Assembly: GCA_964016885.1 (NCBI GenBank)
Contig: OZ024741.1
Coordinates: 118,172,001-118,236,000 of the forward strand
Direction of reading: 5' to 3'
DNA length: 64,000 nt
From: Eledone cirrhosa
Lineage: Eukaryota
The notes beneath the pieces are model-generated. The model searched no databases. It worked only from the letters and a program-made list of their open reading frames with translations, and was not told the origin of the DNA. Every line of letters starts with the position of its first letter. The first letter of the stretch is position 1. Shown here piece by piece: positions 26,013 to 38,450 of this stretch. The position numbers were made by a program, and so were the translations under genes.

Positions 26013-26762
26013 TATATATATATAAAAGTATATATGTGTATGTATACGCCAAAACTACACCTGATGTACCCCTTCCATACACATGCACACGTGTGTATCA
26101 TGACTCGTGCACTGTTCATTTTACTGATGTTTGTGCATTGCCTTATGTACTGTACATGCACTTTTTGATGAGTTGTGGTGCACCTGGGCACTGTACACAA
26201 TATTTCATTATTATTATTATTATTATTATATCATGACTCATACACTGTTCATTTTCCTGACATTTGTACATTATTCTATGTACTATACATGCACCTTTGA
26301 TGAGTTGTAGTGCAACTGAGCACTGTACACAATAATTTCATTATTATTATTATATATATAAGTGTGTGTGTATGTATGTATATATGTGTGTGCATGTATA
26401 TCTATATAGATATGTGTGTGTATGTATATGTGTGTGTATGTATATGTAAGTATATATATATATATGTGTGTGTGTATGTATATGTGTGTATATGTATATG
26501 TATGTATATATGTGTGTATGTATATGTGTGTATATATATATGTGTATGTATATATACATATATGTGTGTATGTATATGTATATATATGTGTGTATGTATA
26601 TGTATATATATGTGTGTATATATATGTGTGTATGTATATGTATATATATGTGTGTATCTATATGTATATATATATATATGTGTATGTATATGTATTTATG
26701 TGTATGTATGTATATGTATTTATATATATGTGTGTATGTATATGTATATATGTGTATGTATG

Positions 26763-26811
<49 letters not shown>

Positions 26812-26904
26812 ATGTATATATATGTATATGTATACATATATATGTATGTATGTATATGTATATATATGTATATGTATACATATATATGTTTATATATATG
26901 TGTA

Positions 26905-27272
26905 ATCATCATCATCATTTTACATCTGCTTTTCCTTGCTTGCAAGGTTGGGACAGGTTCTATTCAGCACAGCATCTCTCCTTCGTCATCTCCACCATGA
27001 GCTTCAGCGATGTGAGGTTTGCTCTCACCACCTCCGCCCATGTTTTTCGTGGTCTACCTCTACCAAGTCTTCCTGCAACTGACATTTCCTGGCACTTCTT
27101 CACCCATCGGTCATCCTCCATGCGCATCACATATCCATACCACCTCAGTCTCCTCTCCCGCACACTACATTTTATCCCTCTCAGACACAGTTTCTCTCTC
27201 AACACATCCATTCTGGGTCGTTCACGCACATTGACATTGCACATCCAACGGAGCATGATTGCCTCATTTCTC
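26905..27272 (-). mobile_element. RTE LINE family B 3' fragment inserted in a TA/TG microsatellite
   Basis: ORF 26960-27256 (MLRWMCNV...RRLRWYG...GRPRKTW) and the family B tail. Confidence 0.88.
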
Positions 27273-27312
27273 TGTGTATGTATGTATATATATATATATG
27301 TGTGTATGTATA

Positions 27313-27361
<49 letters not shown>

Positions 27362-27550
27362 ATGTGTATATATATATATATATATGTTTGTGTTTTATAT
27401 ATATATGTATGTGTATGTGTATATATATATATGTTTGTGTTTTATATATATATGTATGTGTATGTGTATATATATATATGTTTGTGTTTTATATATATAT
27501 GTATGTGTGTGTGTATATATATATATATGTGTGTGTATATATATATATAT

Positions 27551-27840
27551 TGCAATCGAAAGGTTGTGAGTTCAATTCTCAGACCGGGTGATGTGTTTCC
27601 TTGAGCAAGACACTTTATTTCACATTGCTCCAGTTTACTCAGCTGTAGAAATGAGATGATAGGGACTGGGATCCCTATCATTCCACTGCAAAGTGGTCGT
27701 GGAGGCGCCACGGCAAAAAAGCACCCAGCACTCACTGTAAATGAGGTTGGTGTTAGGAAGGGCATCCAGCTGTAGAAATCAAGCCAGAATCAGTTCCCGT
27801 CCCACCCTTGCAAGCAGGAAAAAGCGGATGTAAAATGATA
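27551..27840 (+). mobile_element. Composite SINE: tRNA/CORE-like head, hairpin, RTE-A 3' UTR piece, RTE-B tail
   Basis: Segmental matches to 9662-9820 and 63297-63340. A second copy lies at 35016-35343 on the - strand. Confidence 0.8.
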
Positions 27841-28094
27841 GATAGAATGATAGATGTGCTTCTGTATGTGTGTGTATGTATATGTGTGTTTGTATATGCA
27901 TATATATGTGTGTGTATATATATATATGTGTTTGTGTGTGTATATATATGTGTTTGTGTGTGTGTATATATATGTGTGTGTTTATGTATATATGTATGTG
28001 TGTATGTATATATATATATGCGTGTGTATATATATATGTGTGTGTATATATATATATGTATGTGTGTGTCTATAGTATATATGTGTTTGTGTGT

Positions 28095-30913
28095 CATCAT
28101 CATCATCATCATCAACGTTTAACGTCCGTGTTCCACGCTTGCATGGGTTTGGACGGGGGTTTTCCCACTTGAGGCAAGAGTGATTATCTTGCTCACATAG
28201 AACTATCTGGCGGGTTTTCTACAGCTGGATGCCCTTCCTAACACCAACCGCATTTACAGTGTGGGGCTGGGAGGTTTTTACCGTGTTGCCTACACGGCCA
28301 CATTACAGCGTGGACTGTCTGGCGGGTTTTCTACAGCTGGATGCCCTTCCTAACACCAACCACATTTACAGTGTGGGGCTGGGAGGTTTTACCGTGTTGC
28401 CTACACGGCCACATTACAGCGTGAACTGTGTGTTTTTTGACGTGACACTACACGATCTCATTTGTTTCGGCCTGGATGTTGTGGCACCAACATAACTTTA
28501 CATTGAAAGGGGCGGTGTGGATGGGGTGGGGGTGGTGGGACGGGGGTGTATTTTGTTAGAGATGCCTACTGACTGTAGTAGGTTTTACTTTGTATTTAGG
28601 TAAGGCGGGTCTTCTCTATTACTGAGTACCGCCAAAGGTCTCGGTCCAGTGACATTGTCTTGGTGAGGTGTGAGTGTGTGAGGTAGGAATTTATCAGCTC
28701 GTCCCAGGTTTTTCTGGGTCTGCCTATTCCGTGGCTACCGTCTATCTTTATTGCCCTGCACTTTGTTATACAGCTATCGTCCTTCATGCGCATCACGTGA
28801 CCATACCAACGTAGCCTTCTCTCAAGTAAACAACATCTGATCCCTCTTATTTCTAATTTTTTCCTTAGTTCGTTTATGCTTTGCCGTTCACGTATATTAC
28901 TATTATACATCCAGCGGAGCATGCAAGCTTCGTTTCTCTCTAGTCTGCGTATATCCTCTGCACACAATGCCCAGGTCTCACTGCCATTCAACATTGCTGT
29001 TCGTATGCAGGCATCGTACAACCTGCCTTTCATTTTTAGGGAGAACCCTTTAGCGGCTAATAGTGGTATAAGCTCTCTGAACTTTTTCCATCCAGTTCTG
29101 ACTCTAGCTACTGTACTTTCAGAGCACCCTCCGCCACTGCTGATTTTGTCACCCAGGTAACGGAAGCTGTCCACTATTTCTATAGAACCCTCTGCGCAGT
29201 TGAAAGAGCTAGTATTTTGTGGGCACTTGCTGCTACTTATTGCACCAGAGCACCGGCCACATGTAAAATATATGTTCTTAGTTAGCTTACCTGTGATCCC
29301 ACTTCATCTTTTATGCACCCATACTTTGCATTTGGGACACAACATGGAGTTTCCTACACACTGAGCATGGCCACTTCCCGGAAGGGACCGCCGCCTTATT
29401 TTCTTTCTTACAAACTAGAACTTTAGTCTTAGCCAGGTTAATTTTAAGGCCTTTTGATTCTAGGCCGTGCTTCCATGTTTGGAATTTCTTCTCTAGCTCG
29501 GCCATTGATTCAGCTATGAGTGTTAGGTCATCTGCGTATAGGAGTTCCCATGGGCAACCCGTCTTGAACTCCTCTGTTATAGCCTGAAGGGCAATGATAA
29601 ATAGTAGGGGGCTGAGAACAGAGCCCGGATGGACGCCAACTTTTACGCTAAACTCTTCACTATATTCGTTGTTAATTCTAACCTTGCTGACTGTTTCTTT
29701 ATACATGGCTTGTATAGCTCTCACAAGCCATTCGTCAACACCTAGTTTTCTAAGAGCCCACCAGATAATGGAGCGGGGGACTCTGTCGAAGGCTTTCTCC
29801 AGGTCGACAAAAGCTAAGTAGAGGGGTTTACCTTTAGCTAGGTACTTCTCCTGTAGTTGTCGTACAATGAAAAGAGCGTCTGTGGTACTTTTGCTTGACA
29901 CAAACCCGAACTGCATTTCATCTAGATCAATTCTCTCTCTGATTAGTTGCGCTATTACTTTTTCCGTGACCTTCATGACCTGGTCGATTAATTTAATGCC
30001 TCTATAGTTACTCCTATCTAGGGCATCTCCTTTACCCTTATAACAGTTAACGATGATGCTGCTACGCCAGTCCTTCGGAACAACCCCATTCTGTACGACT
30101 TGGTTAACTATCCGGGTGACCATGGTGTGTCCCACCGTACCAGATGCCTTCAGCATCTCGGCAACTATTTCCGAAGGCCCAGCCGCCTTACCCGTCTTCA
30201 TATCTTTGATTGCCTTACTTATTATACTACCCTCGACTAACACTGCTGGTCCCTCTATTGGGTCGATGTGAGGGAGACTGTCTTTCTCCCATTTATTCTC
30301 CTCATTTAGTAGCCTTTCATAGTGACACTTCCAAGCTACCTTCTTATCAGCGTCGGTGATAGCAAGTACGCCATCATCATTAAGTACACACTTCTCCCCG
30401 ACAATATCACGGTTTTCCTTGACACATTGCCTAGCAATCCTGAACACCTCACGTTTTTGGTCCTTGCGTTGTAGAACATGCTTGAACTTTCTTTCCTCTG
30501 CTTCCCTTCTTGCGAAGTACACTTGTCTCCTAGCTTCCCTCCTGGCCACTTGATAGTCTTCTCTGCTTCCCCCATCCCGCCATACTTTCCAAGCCTGCTT
30601 TTTGGCCTTAATTGACCCCTCCACCTTACTGTTCCACCACCATGTTACTCTCCTCCTGCCTACAGGCCTGCTCCAGCCACAGACTTCGTCTGCCGCCATC
30701 AGCAGGTTTGCTTTCAGGAATTCCCACTGCTCCTCTATATTGTACGACTCTAATTGCTCTTCCTTACTGTTGAAAGCATCAAGTAGTATACTTTTGAATT
30801 TATTTCTGGCTGTGAGGTCCTTTAGCTTCCATATTTTTCTCCTGAGGATAGTCCTCTTCTGTTGTCTAGTACGTCTCATCCTGACTATTAGGTCGCTAAT
30901 TATCAGTCTATGT
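28095..30913 (-). mobile_element. RTE LINE family A, 5'-truncated, near-identical to the 1-2460 copy, with a 54-bp TSD
   Basis: ORFs 29311-30879 and 28596-29174 are split by a 14-nt deletion at a tttc microhomology. Direct repeat at 28041-28094 and 30914-30967. Confidence 0.95.
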
Positions 30914-31969
30914 TGTGTATATATATATATGTATGTGTGTGTCTATAGTATATATGTGTTTGTGTGTGTCTATGTATATGTGTTTGTGTGTGTCTATGTA
31001 TATATGTGTTTGTGTGTGTCTATGTTTATATGTGTTTGTGTGTGTCTATGTATATATATGTTTGTGTGTGTGTGTATATGTATGTATATATGTATGTGTG
31101 TGTCTATGTATATATGTATGTGTGTGTATGTATATATGTGTGTGTGTGTGTGTGTGTGTCTGTGCATATATGTGTATGTATATATAGGCAACGAATCGGT
31201 AGTCATTAGAACGTTGGATAGAGTGCTTTGTGGTATTTGTTCCGACTCTTTGCTCTCTGAGTTCAAATCCTGACTAGGTCTACTTGGCCTTTCATCCTTT
31301 TGAGCTCGATAAAGTACCAGTATAGTACTGGGGTCGATTCTTCCTCTATATCTCTTTCTCACTTCTTCTTTCTCATTTTCAATCCTCCTTTGGAAGAAAT
31401 CTGCTGTGTTCAGACCTGGAGAGGGTTGGGCCCTGCCAGGCATAAAATGGCCAAGAAATGTTGTATGCCACTACAATGTCCCTATGACTCCAACTGGAGT
31501 TACGGGACTAGAAAGGAAAGAAGGTATATATATATATATTTATATATAATAAATATTTTTACATCAACCTTTCCTTGCATGACCATACAGTTGACCACAA
31601 ATTAACTCAACCATCTTTTGGTGTAGATGTGAGCTCTGTAAGCTACATGGATGGCAACCCATCTAGGAGAGGAATAACTCTGATAGGATAAAACTACAGA
31701 GTAGATACAAACTCTGTAAGCAAAAAGGAAGGCAACCCATCTAGGAAAGTAGTTTCTCCAAATAAATATGACTGTGGAGTAGACAAAGATTCTAGAAGCT
31801 GTAGAGAAGGCAGACTGTCTAGGAGAGCAGTTATTCTGAATAAAAACTGTGCTGGTGGCATGATAAAATGCACCCAGTCCACACAATTGGTATCTATTTA
31901 CTTCTAGTTCAACTCAATCATGTATACTGATGTATTGACTTTACATTTTTTCCATTTCTAATTTTGCAG

Positions 31970-32071
31970 AGATCAGCTCATAGTTATATTCAGCGGCACA
32001 GTAAATCCACAGAAATTGTGTTCCATGATTGGCTTTGGTGGATTTTTAGAGACTTGCCTTTCCATTACCTG
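31970..32071 (+). CDS. TBC1D24: TBC1D24-like coding exon 3 (RSAHSYIQ...FHDWLWWIFRDLPFHYL)
   Basis: Polypyrimidine tract and tttgcag acceptor, 102 nt, phase 0/0, GT donor at 32072. DW-WWIF-DLPF motif is typical of TBC1D24. Confidence 0.9.
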
Positions 32072-32127
32072 GTTTGTAACAACATATTCTTTCATTTCTT
32101 TAAAATATCTTATTATTATATCATAAG

Positions 32128-32722
32128 TGAATTGGTTGGTAGTATCGGTAGAGCGTTGGACAACAAGCTTTGTTATATAGTCAGGGCCCTTTACCTTCTT
32201 ATTTGAAATCTTGCTGAGGTTAGCTTTGCCATTCATTCTTACAGGATCAAGAAAATAAAGTAATATGCTGAGGTTGATGTGATCCACTTCACCCACTAAA
32301 AAAATTGTTGGCCTTGTGCCTAAATCAGAATTATTATATCATAAGGGATTGACAGTATCGGTAGAGGATCGGACACCATGCTTTGACGCATCGAGTTACG
32401 GCCGAGGTTAACTTTGCCTTTCATCCTTACGGGGTGGATAAAATAAAGTACCAGTAATGTACTGGGTAATGCTGACCTTGTACCAAAAGTAGAAACAATT
32501 ATATCATAAGCGAAGGGCAGTGGGTTGGCAGTATTGGTAGAGCGTTGGACAACATGCTTTATGGTATATTTTTACGCTATTAGTTCAAATCCCGCCAGGG
32601 TTAGCTTTGCCTTTCATCTGTACATGGTCAACAAAATAATGTACCAGTAACACACTTGGGGCGACATAATTGACTTTCCCCCTTCCATTTAAATTGGTGT
32701 CCTTGTGCCAAATGCAGAAATG
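32128..32722 (+). mobile_element. Three head-to-tail Nin-core SINEs in intron 3
   Basis: Three SINE bodies, each bounded by ATTATATCATAAG. Confidence 0.85.
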
Positions 32723-32798
32723 ATTATATCATAAGCAATATGTATTGTCTCCTTTGTTGGCTTGTTCACTGATGTGTTGTTTTTTGTTTTAATTACAG

Positions 32799-32889
32799 GT
32801 GAAGGTAATTGACTGCTATCTACTTGAGGGATTCAAGGTATTTTACAGAGTGGCTATAGTATTACTAACACTCTTTTCTAAACAAACAG
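32799..32889 (+). CDS. TBC1D24: TBC1D24-like coding exon 4 (VKVIDCYLLEGFKVFYRVAIVLLTLFSKQT)
   Basis: Not in the ORF track; read by hand. Acceptor ttacag, TBC motif D-(F/Y)L-EG-KV-YRVA, GTAAGT donor at 32890, phase 1. Confidence 0.9.
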
Positions 32890-33961
32890 GTAAGTTAGTG
32901 TAATATATGTTTAGAAGGCAAGCATCTTCATCTATCATTGCTCTCTCCCTCTCTTTTAATCACCCTTTTGAATTAATGTGTAGTGGCTACTCTGGCACCT
33001 TGCAAAATTTAAGACAACTTCACTGTGCTTGTGCCACAATAAAATGCACCCAGTACACTCTGTAAAGTGGCTAACAAACAAACAGTGACAGTGTAGGATC
33101 AAGAAGGCCCTTGAGCATGTAATTGCCTATTTAGTGCTGATTTCACAATAAAATGCATCCAGTACACACTGTAGACTGGTTGGTCTTAGGAAGGACATCT
33201 ATCTCTAGAAACCATACCAAAAATAGATACAAACCGACTTGAATAGCGACAATTATTACAACCCATGGCAGCATGGAAAATAGACATTAAGCAGTGATGA
33301 TGATGATAATTATATTACCCTGAACATTTAACATCATCACTTTTCATTATGGATGAATGTGTATGTATTTGCGTGTACATGTGCAGACCGCTGAAACTCA
33401 CGGGGGAGATGACGAAGGACTGTGACAAGTGGAGAGATGCTGTGCTGAATAAGACCTGTCCCACCCTTGTGAGCAGGGAAAAGTGGACGTAAAATGATGA
33501 TGATGATGTGCATATGTATTTGTGTGTATGTATGGATGTATATGTGTGTACATGTGTCATGTATTTGTGTGCATACATATATGTATTTGTATGTAAATGG
33601 ACGTGTACATATGTATGGACTTGTATGTATTTGTTTGTATGGATGTATGTGTGTGTGCATGGATGTATATATATTTCTGTATATGTATGGATGGATGTGT
33701 GTTAGTATGGATATATACGCATGTGCATACGTATATAAAGTAGCTGAAGGGTTAAGAGTCCAGGTTTGATTCCACTGCATAGCATGTTGGACATGTGTGT
33801 TTTACCATAGCTTTGGGTCAACCTAAGCTTTCTAAGTGAAATTTGGTAGTCAGAAACTGTGTGGAAGCCCATCTGATGGACTCTACTTGTAATTTAATGG
33901 TCCATATTTGTCACACTGTGTCACATTTAATCTCCCTAGAGATTATGTTAAAAGTACACAT

Positions 33962-34400
33962 CTGAGCTGCTTTTGGAAAACTTTATAGTATCATTAAAAG
34001 TCCCAAGTCAACAAGTGAAACCAAGAGAAAGTTTTTCAATGAAAATGTTCTGCCGGTGATGACTTATGGAAGTGAGACGTGGGCACTCAACATAAAATGG
34101 AGCAAATCATGCTTGGCATCACCTTACATGTCAGGAAGAGTAACACCTGGATTCAACAGCAGACTGGAGTGAAGGACATAATCAAGACCATCAAGAAGGG
34201 CAAACATAGATGGGCTGGCTATGCCTCTTGTTTCAGAGACAACAGAGTGGACACCAAGGCCAGTGGAGAAGAACTAGAGTGTGGCCAAAAGCCACTACAA
34301 TCTGGCCCAATAACTTGCCCCTACATGGCCAAAGATAGGAAGTGGTGGAGGTCAACAAGGGAGGGGTTCCTCCAACAGGAGTGAGAAGGCTCTGGATTTG
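33962..34400 (+). mobile_element. RTE-clade LINE fragment (fourth family)
   Basis: AAFGKL..., KRKVFNENVLPVMTYGSETWAL, MEQIMLGITL, KHRWAGY. Confidence 0.75.
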
Positions 34401-35015
34401 GATATGTCTCCTCTTTATATTAGATATTCTAATCTCACTTTACCCTACCAGCAACCATAGAAGGCATGGGAGTCCCACCATGTACACACCCCTAGTTAAC
34501 GATGGATAGCGTTAAAGAAGACAATGCCTAATGATGATTATGATGATTTTTAAAGTTATATTTAAGTAATGTTTTGCTGTATTTTATTATCCATTATATG
34601 ACTGTTGCAAATTTCACATGGTGCTTTAGCTAATTCCAAAATTGAGCCCATATAATTTATGTATTTACTAATGCCGGTGTTCCAGCATGGCCTCAGCCAG
34701 TCGGATGGAACAGGTGACAAAGAGTGGACCAGTGTCATCAATAATGATGGCAATAGTGTTGAATGTATTTAATGTTTGGAGTTCAGGATCAGTATCACAT
34801 ATGTACCAGGATTACTGGATATTTGAACAATCATACAAATGAAAATTTGCATTTTGATAAATTAAGGGTTTGTATGAGAGAAACCCTGTAGTTTATGTTG
34901 ATTACAGACACATTGAAGTGACATAAGATAAAAATGATATTCTAATTATTCATTTCTAGGATATAATTTACCCCCTTCCTGTCCCATTCTTCTGTGACTC
35001 TAGAACCCTTCCCTT

Positions 35016-35343
35016 CATCATTTTATGTCCGCTTTCTCCCTGCTTGCAAGGGTGGGATGGGAACTGATTCTAGCTTGATTTCTACAGCTGGATGCCCTTC
35101 CTAACACCAACCTCATTTACAGTGAGTGCTGGGTGGTTTTTGCCATGGCACCTCCACGACCACTTTGCAGTGGAATGATAGGGACCCCAGTCCCTATCAT
35201 CTCATTTCTACAGCTGAGTAAACTGGAGCAATATGAAATAAAGTGTCTTGCTCAAGGAAACAACACATCACCCGGTCTGAGAATTGAACTCACAACCTTT
35301 TGATTGCAAGGCCAATGCTCTAACCACTAAGCCATGTGCCTCC
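35016..35343 (-). mobile_element. Composite SINE, second copy with a more complete 5' head
   Basis: Reverse complement of 27551-27840 with the same junctions. Confidence 0.8.
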
Positions 35344-35654
35344 ATTTATATTTTTAATTATTGATAAATAAAAATTATGTAATTACATAGTTGTTCAGCA
35401 TTTATATAAAAATGACATACATGATTAAATGTATTAGTAACTTTGGAGAAATAACTATTTATGAGGACAGATATTATGGTTAGAATTCAGTCCTCCTGAT
35501 TGGAAAGTGAACTATTATTGAAGCACATTACTAATATATGAAATACATTGTGTATATAACTTTTAAAGAGTTAGACAGAGATATACATATAATATACAAG
35601 CATATGTGGCATATTATTGTGGTTGACTTTTTTTAATATCTTGTTTTTTTGCAG

Positions 35655-35746
35655 GGAAACGGTCTCTCTCTGCCAACCACACCATTCAACATGCTATTCA
35701 ACATTCAATAGAAAATCTTTCTATCCGTGTGGATAAATTCACTAAG
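35655..35746 (+). CDS. TBC1D24: TBC1D24-like coding exon 5 (GKRSLSANHTIQHAIQHSIENLSIRVDKFTK)
   Basis: Acceptor tttttttgcag, donor GTAAAA at 35747. The 92-nt length converts phase 1 to phase 0, exactly as needed to join exons 4 and 6. Confidence 0.8.
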
Positions 35747-37054
35747 GTAAAAATCCAATGAATTCTAAAGAGAATTTATTTTTCGTAAACCTTTTTCATA
35801 CCCCACCTTCCTGAAAACATTGTTATTTCTATGATATAAAGCTGTTTATTTTAAAGTGTATATCATCATTTAACATTCATTTTCCCTGTTAGAGGGGGTT
35901 GGATGGATCTTCACAGACCATCTAAATCTTTTCTATCATAATTTTATGTTAGAACCTTTGTTCCAGACATCACATAAATAATGAAAAAGTTATATATATG
36001 CCTCAAAATTATTTGAAAATCATAGGCAGTGGCCTTGTACCAATGTTAGAAAAATATTATTATTATGTAACTGCCCTCATGGGCATCACCTGATATATTG
36101 TTAAGTTACAAACACTGATACACACACACATATATATGACAGGCTTATGCAGTTTCCACCTACCAAATTCAACTCACTAGGTTGTGAGTCGAACTCCTTA
36201 ACCACACAACCAAAGATGACAGACCGCTTGATGAGGGAGGGGTGGCAGTTACAGCGGGTGTCTCTGGCCATTCTCTGCAGTAATGCCTTTGCCATTTTGT
36301 CCACGGGGCTTGGCTGAGGCACCTCCCAGACTGGGGTGTAGTGTCTGTCCCTCCCCCTTTCTTCTGTTGCTTGATCCATCTTTCTTCTAAATAATGAAAA
36401 AGTTATATTACTATATGCCTCAAAATTATTTGAAAATCATAAGGCAGTGTCTTTCATTAGAAATATGGTAACTGTTATGACTGGTTTGAGGCAGTAGATT
36501 CCCAGGGTCATTAGAATATCAAATAGAATGCTTTGCAGTATTTGTTTCATCCATTCAAGGTCAGTAAAAAAAAAAAAAGTACCAGGCTAGTACTGGAGTC
36601 GTTTTCTCCTCTATAGCTCTTTCTTGCTTCTATTCTCTCTATCTTTCTCTCGAAGAAATCTGCTATACTTGGGCCTGGAGAGGAGATGGACTCCGCCAGG
36701 TTTAAAAATGCCCAAGAAACACTGTATGTTAATATAGCACTCCTATAATTCTTTCAGGAGTTATAGAACCATCCATCCATGATTGGTCTATTGTGCTCTA
36801 ATTGTTGGTCAGTTTGTATTAATATTTTACATATTTCTGATTCAATGACTCTTTGTGGCTTATGGTCATACCAGATCTTTCAAATTCCCATTTCTCACAT
36901 AACTTCAATGTATTATCTGTGCAACCTCATCATGCTGCCATAGCTTGTATTGATTTTGTACAAGTTTAAAACAATCACAAACAATATGTGACATTGTTTT
37001 GTTCCACTCATTGCACATTCAGCACAAAGAAGATACTTGTTTATTTCTCTGGTG

Positions 37055-37473
37055 CAGTGGTTCCCAACCTTTTTTAGCTCATGGCCCACTTTGAACCCAG
37101 AATTTTTCTGTGACCCATGAAATTATTATAGTGTAAAACATTGTCAGTGTAAAAAAGTTATAGCTGTAATGAGCAATATTTTCACAAAACTGAAATGGTA
37201 TAATTTTCTTTCTACAGTGGAAAAAACTATTTTTCAATGCCTGACTAATTAAAAGTTATTCAAGCAATAACTAATTACTAAATTTTTATAATCTAAATAT
37301 ATTAAAATTATTTACATACATTTAATTTCATTAATTTAATGACCAGTAGTCAAAAAACCTCTATGGATTATTCAATAAGCTGTAGCCCATATATTATCCT
37401 GGTAGCCCAGTAAAAATTGTAAAATTTCTGAAATTTGCCATGGCCCATTTTAGCCATAGGTTAGGAAACACTG
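37055..37473. mobile_element. hAT (Charlie-like) MITE
   Basis: TIRs cagtggttcccaacct and aggttaggaaacactg. Degenerate 8-bp TSD ctctggtg/tgctagtg. Confidence 0.75.
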
Positions 37474-37489
37474 TGCTAGTGAACATGCC

Positions 37490-38450
37490 AGCTAGTATCC
37501 AGTGTTTGATCCTGAACTGCTAGAAGTGTACTCTGTTTTTTTTTTAACCAATCCCATCATCATTGTGTGAAATTTTTTATGTAGTTCTTTGTTGAGCACT
37601 GCTTCCATATGTTCCTCTTCCATCCCATGTTTAGTTTTTTCCCTGCCGCTAGCCTTAAGGGTCACTTCCTCTCTTACTGTTGCCAACAATTTTTCATTGT
37701 TTTTAAACAAGTATCTTCCTTTCAGATAAGCAATCTTCCTTAATCTTCATCTGTGTGATGTGCTCCATATATTGTCAGTAATTTTCATTTTTTTACTATC
37801 AAATTCCTTCAATTCAGCATTTCTGTCAACTTTATAATTCCTACCTCTGTATCACACCATTGCCACCACTCTAACATTTATTGCTGAGTTCATGCCCACC
37901 TTGCCACCCCATTCAATTTTGACCCAAGTATTTTCACACTCTCCTAAAATACTTTCTTTATCATCTCCTTCATCACCTTTTGTTTAACTCATTAGCATTT
38001 AAACCAGCCGTATCTGGCTAGAATTCTCTCACCTCTTTCTGTTCAAACCGGCTGTAACTGGCTGCTCATACTTAAGTTAGGGTATTATTCTCAAAATAAA
38101 TAACATCAAAATCTAATAGATTTGATATTATGTGAGATAAATATATGAGGTAAAGCCTTTACCATGAAAATATAATAGTAAATATAAAGTAATGTAAATG
38201 CTAAAGGGTTAATGCCATCAGCTTCTAAAACCCCAAGGTATTTTAACCTGTCACTGGTTCAATAGATTTCATTTTCCTGCTAAGCATTTTTACTCCCTCT
38301 GTTATTTAAAACTTTCCTCTTCCCATGACCTTTGTTGCATTTTGAGGGACCAAATCCTTTTCTAATATCTTCTGAGAAGATACATACTGCCTGCACTAAG
38401 TTCTCAAATTTCTTCACATACAGCTTTAGGTCGTCCATAAATATTATTAC
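37490..38450 (-). mobile_element. R4/Dong-clade-like LINE RT fragment, interrupted by a MITE at 37984-38212
   Basis: The reverse strand reads FMDDLKLY (about 38416-38443), KYLGVLEADGI, KELHKKF and a frameshifted LAVQDQTLDT. These motifs are typical of R4-clade elements. Confidence 0.7.
37984..38212. mobile_element. piggyBac-like MITE family 1, inserted in the R4-like LINE
   Basis: ttaactcattagcattt...aaatgctaaagggttaa. Confidence 0.8.

Larger units (their letters stand above)
26350..28094. repeat. TA/TG compound microsatellite field hosting nested retroelements (continues at 30914-31186)
   Basis: Directly visible. Source of the many V/C/Y/I/M ORFs. Confidence 0.95.

Noticed and set aside
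26310-28172. Many long V/C/Y/I/M-rich ORFs
   Set aside because: Translations of TA/TG microsatellite plus antisense LINE sequence.
32115-32735. Repeat-spacer pattern as a CRISPR array
   Set aside because: The repeat is only 13 bp and the spacers are homologous SINE copies. Kept as an insertion hotspot finding instead.
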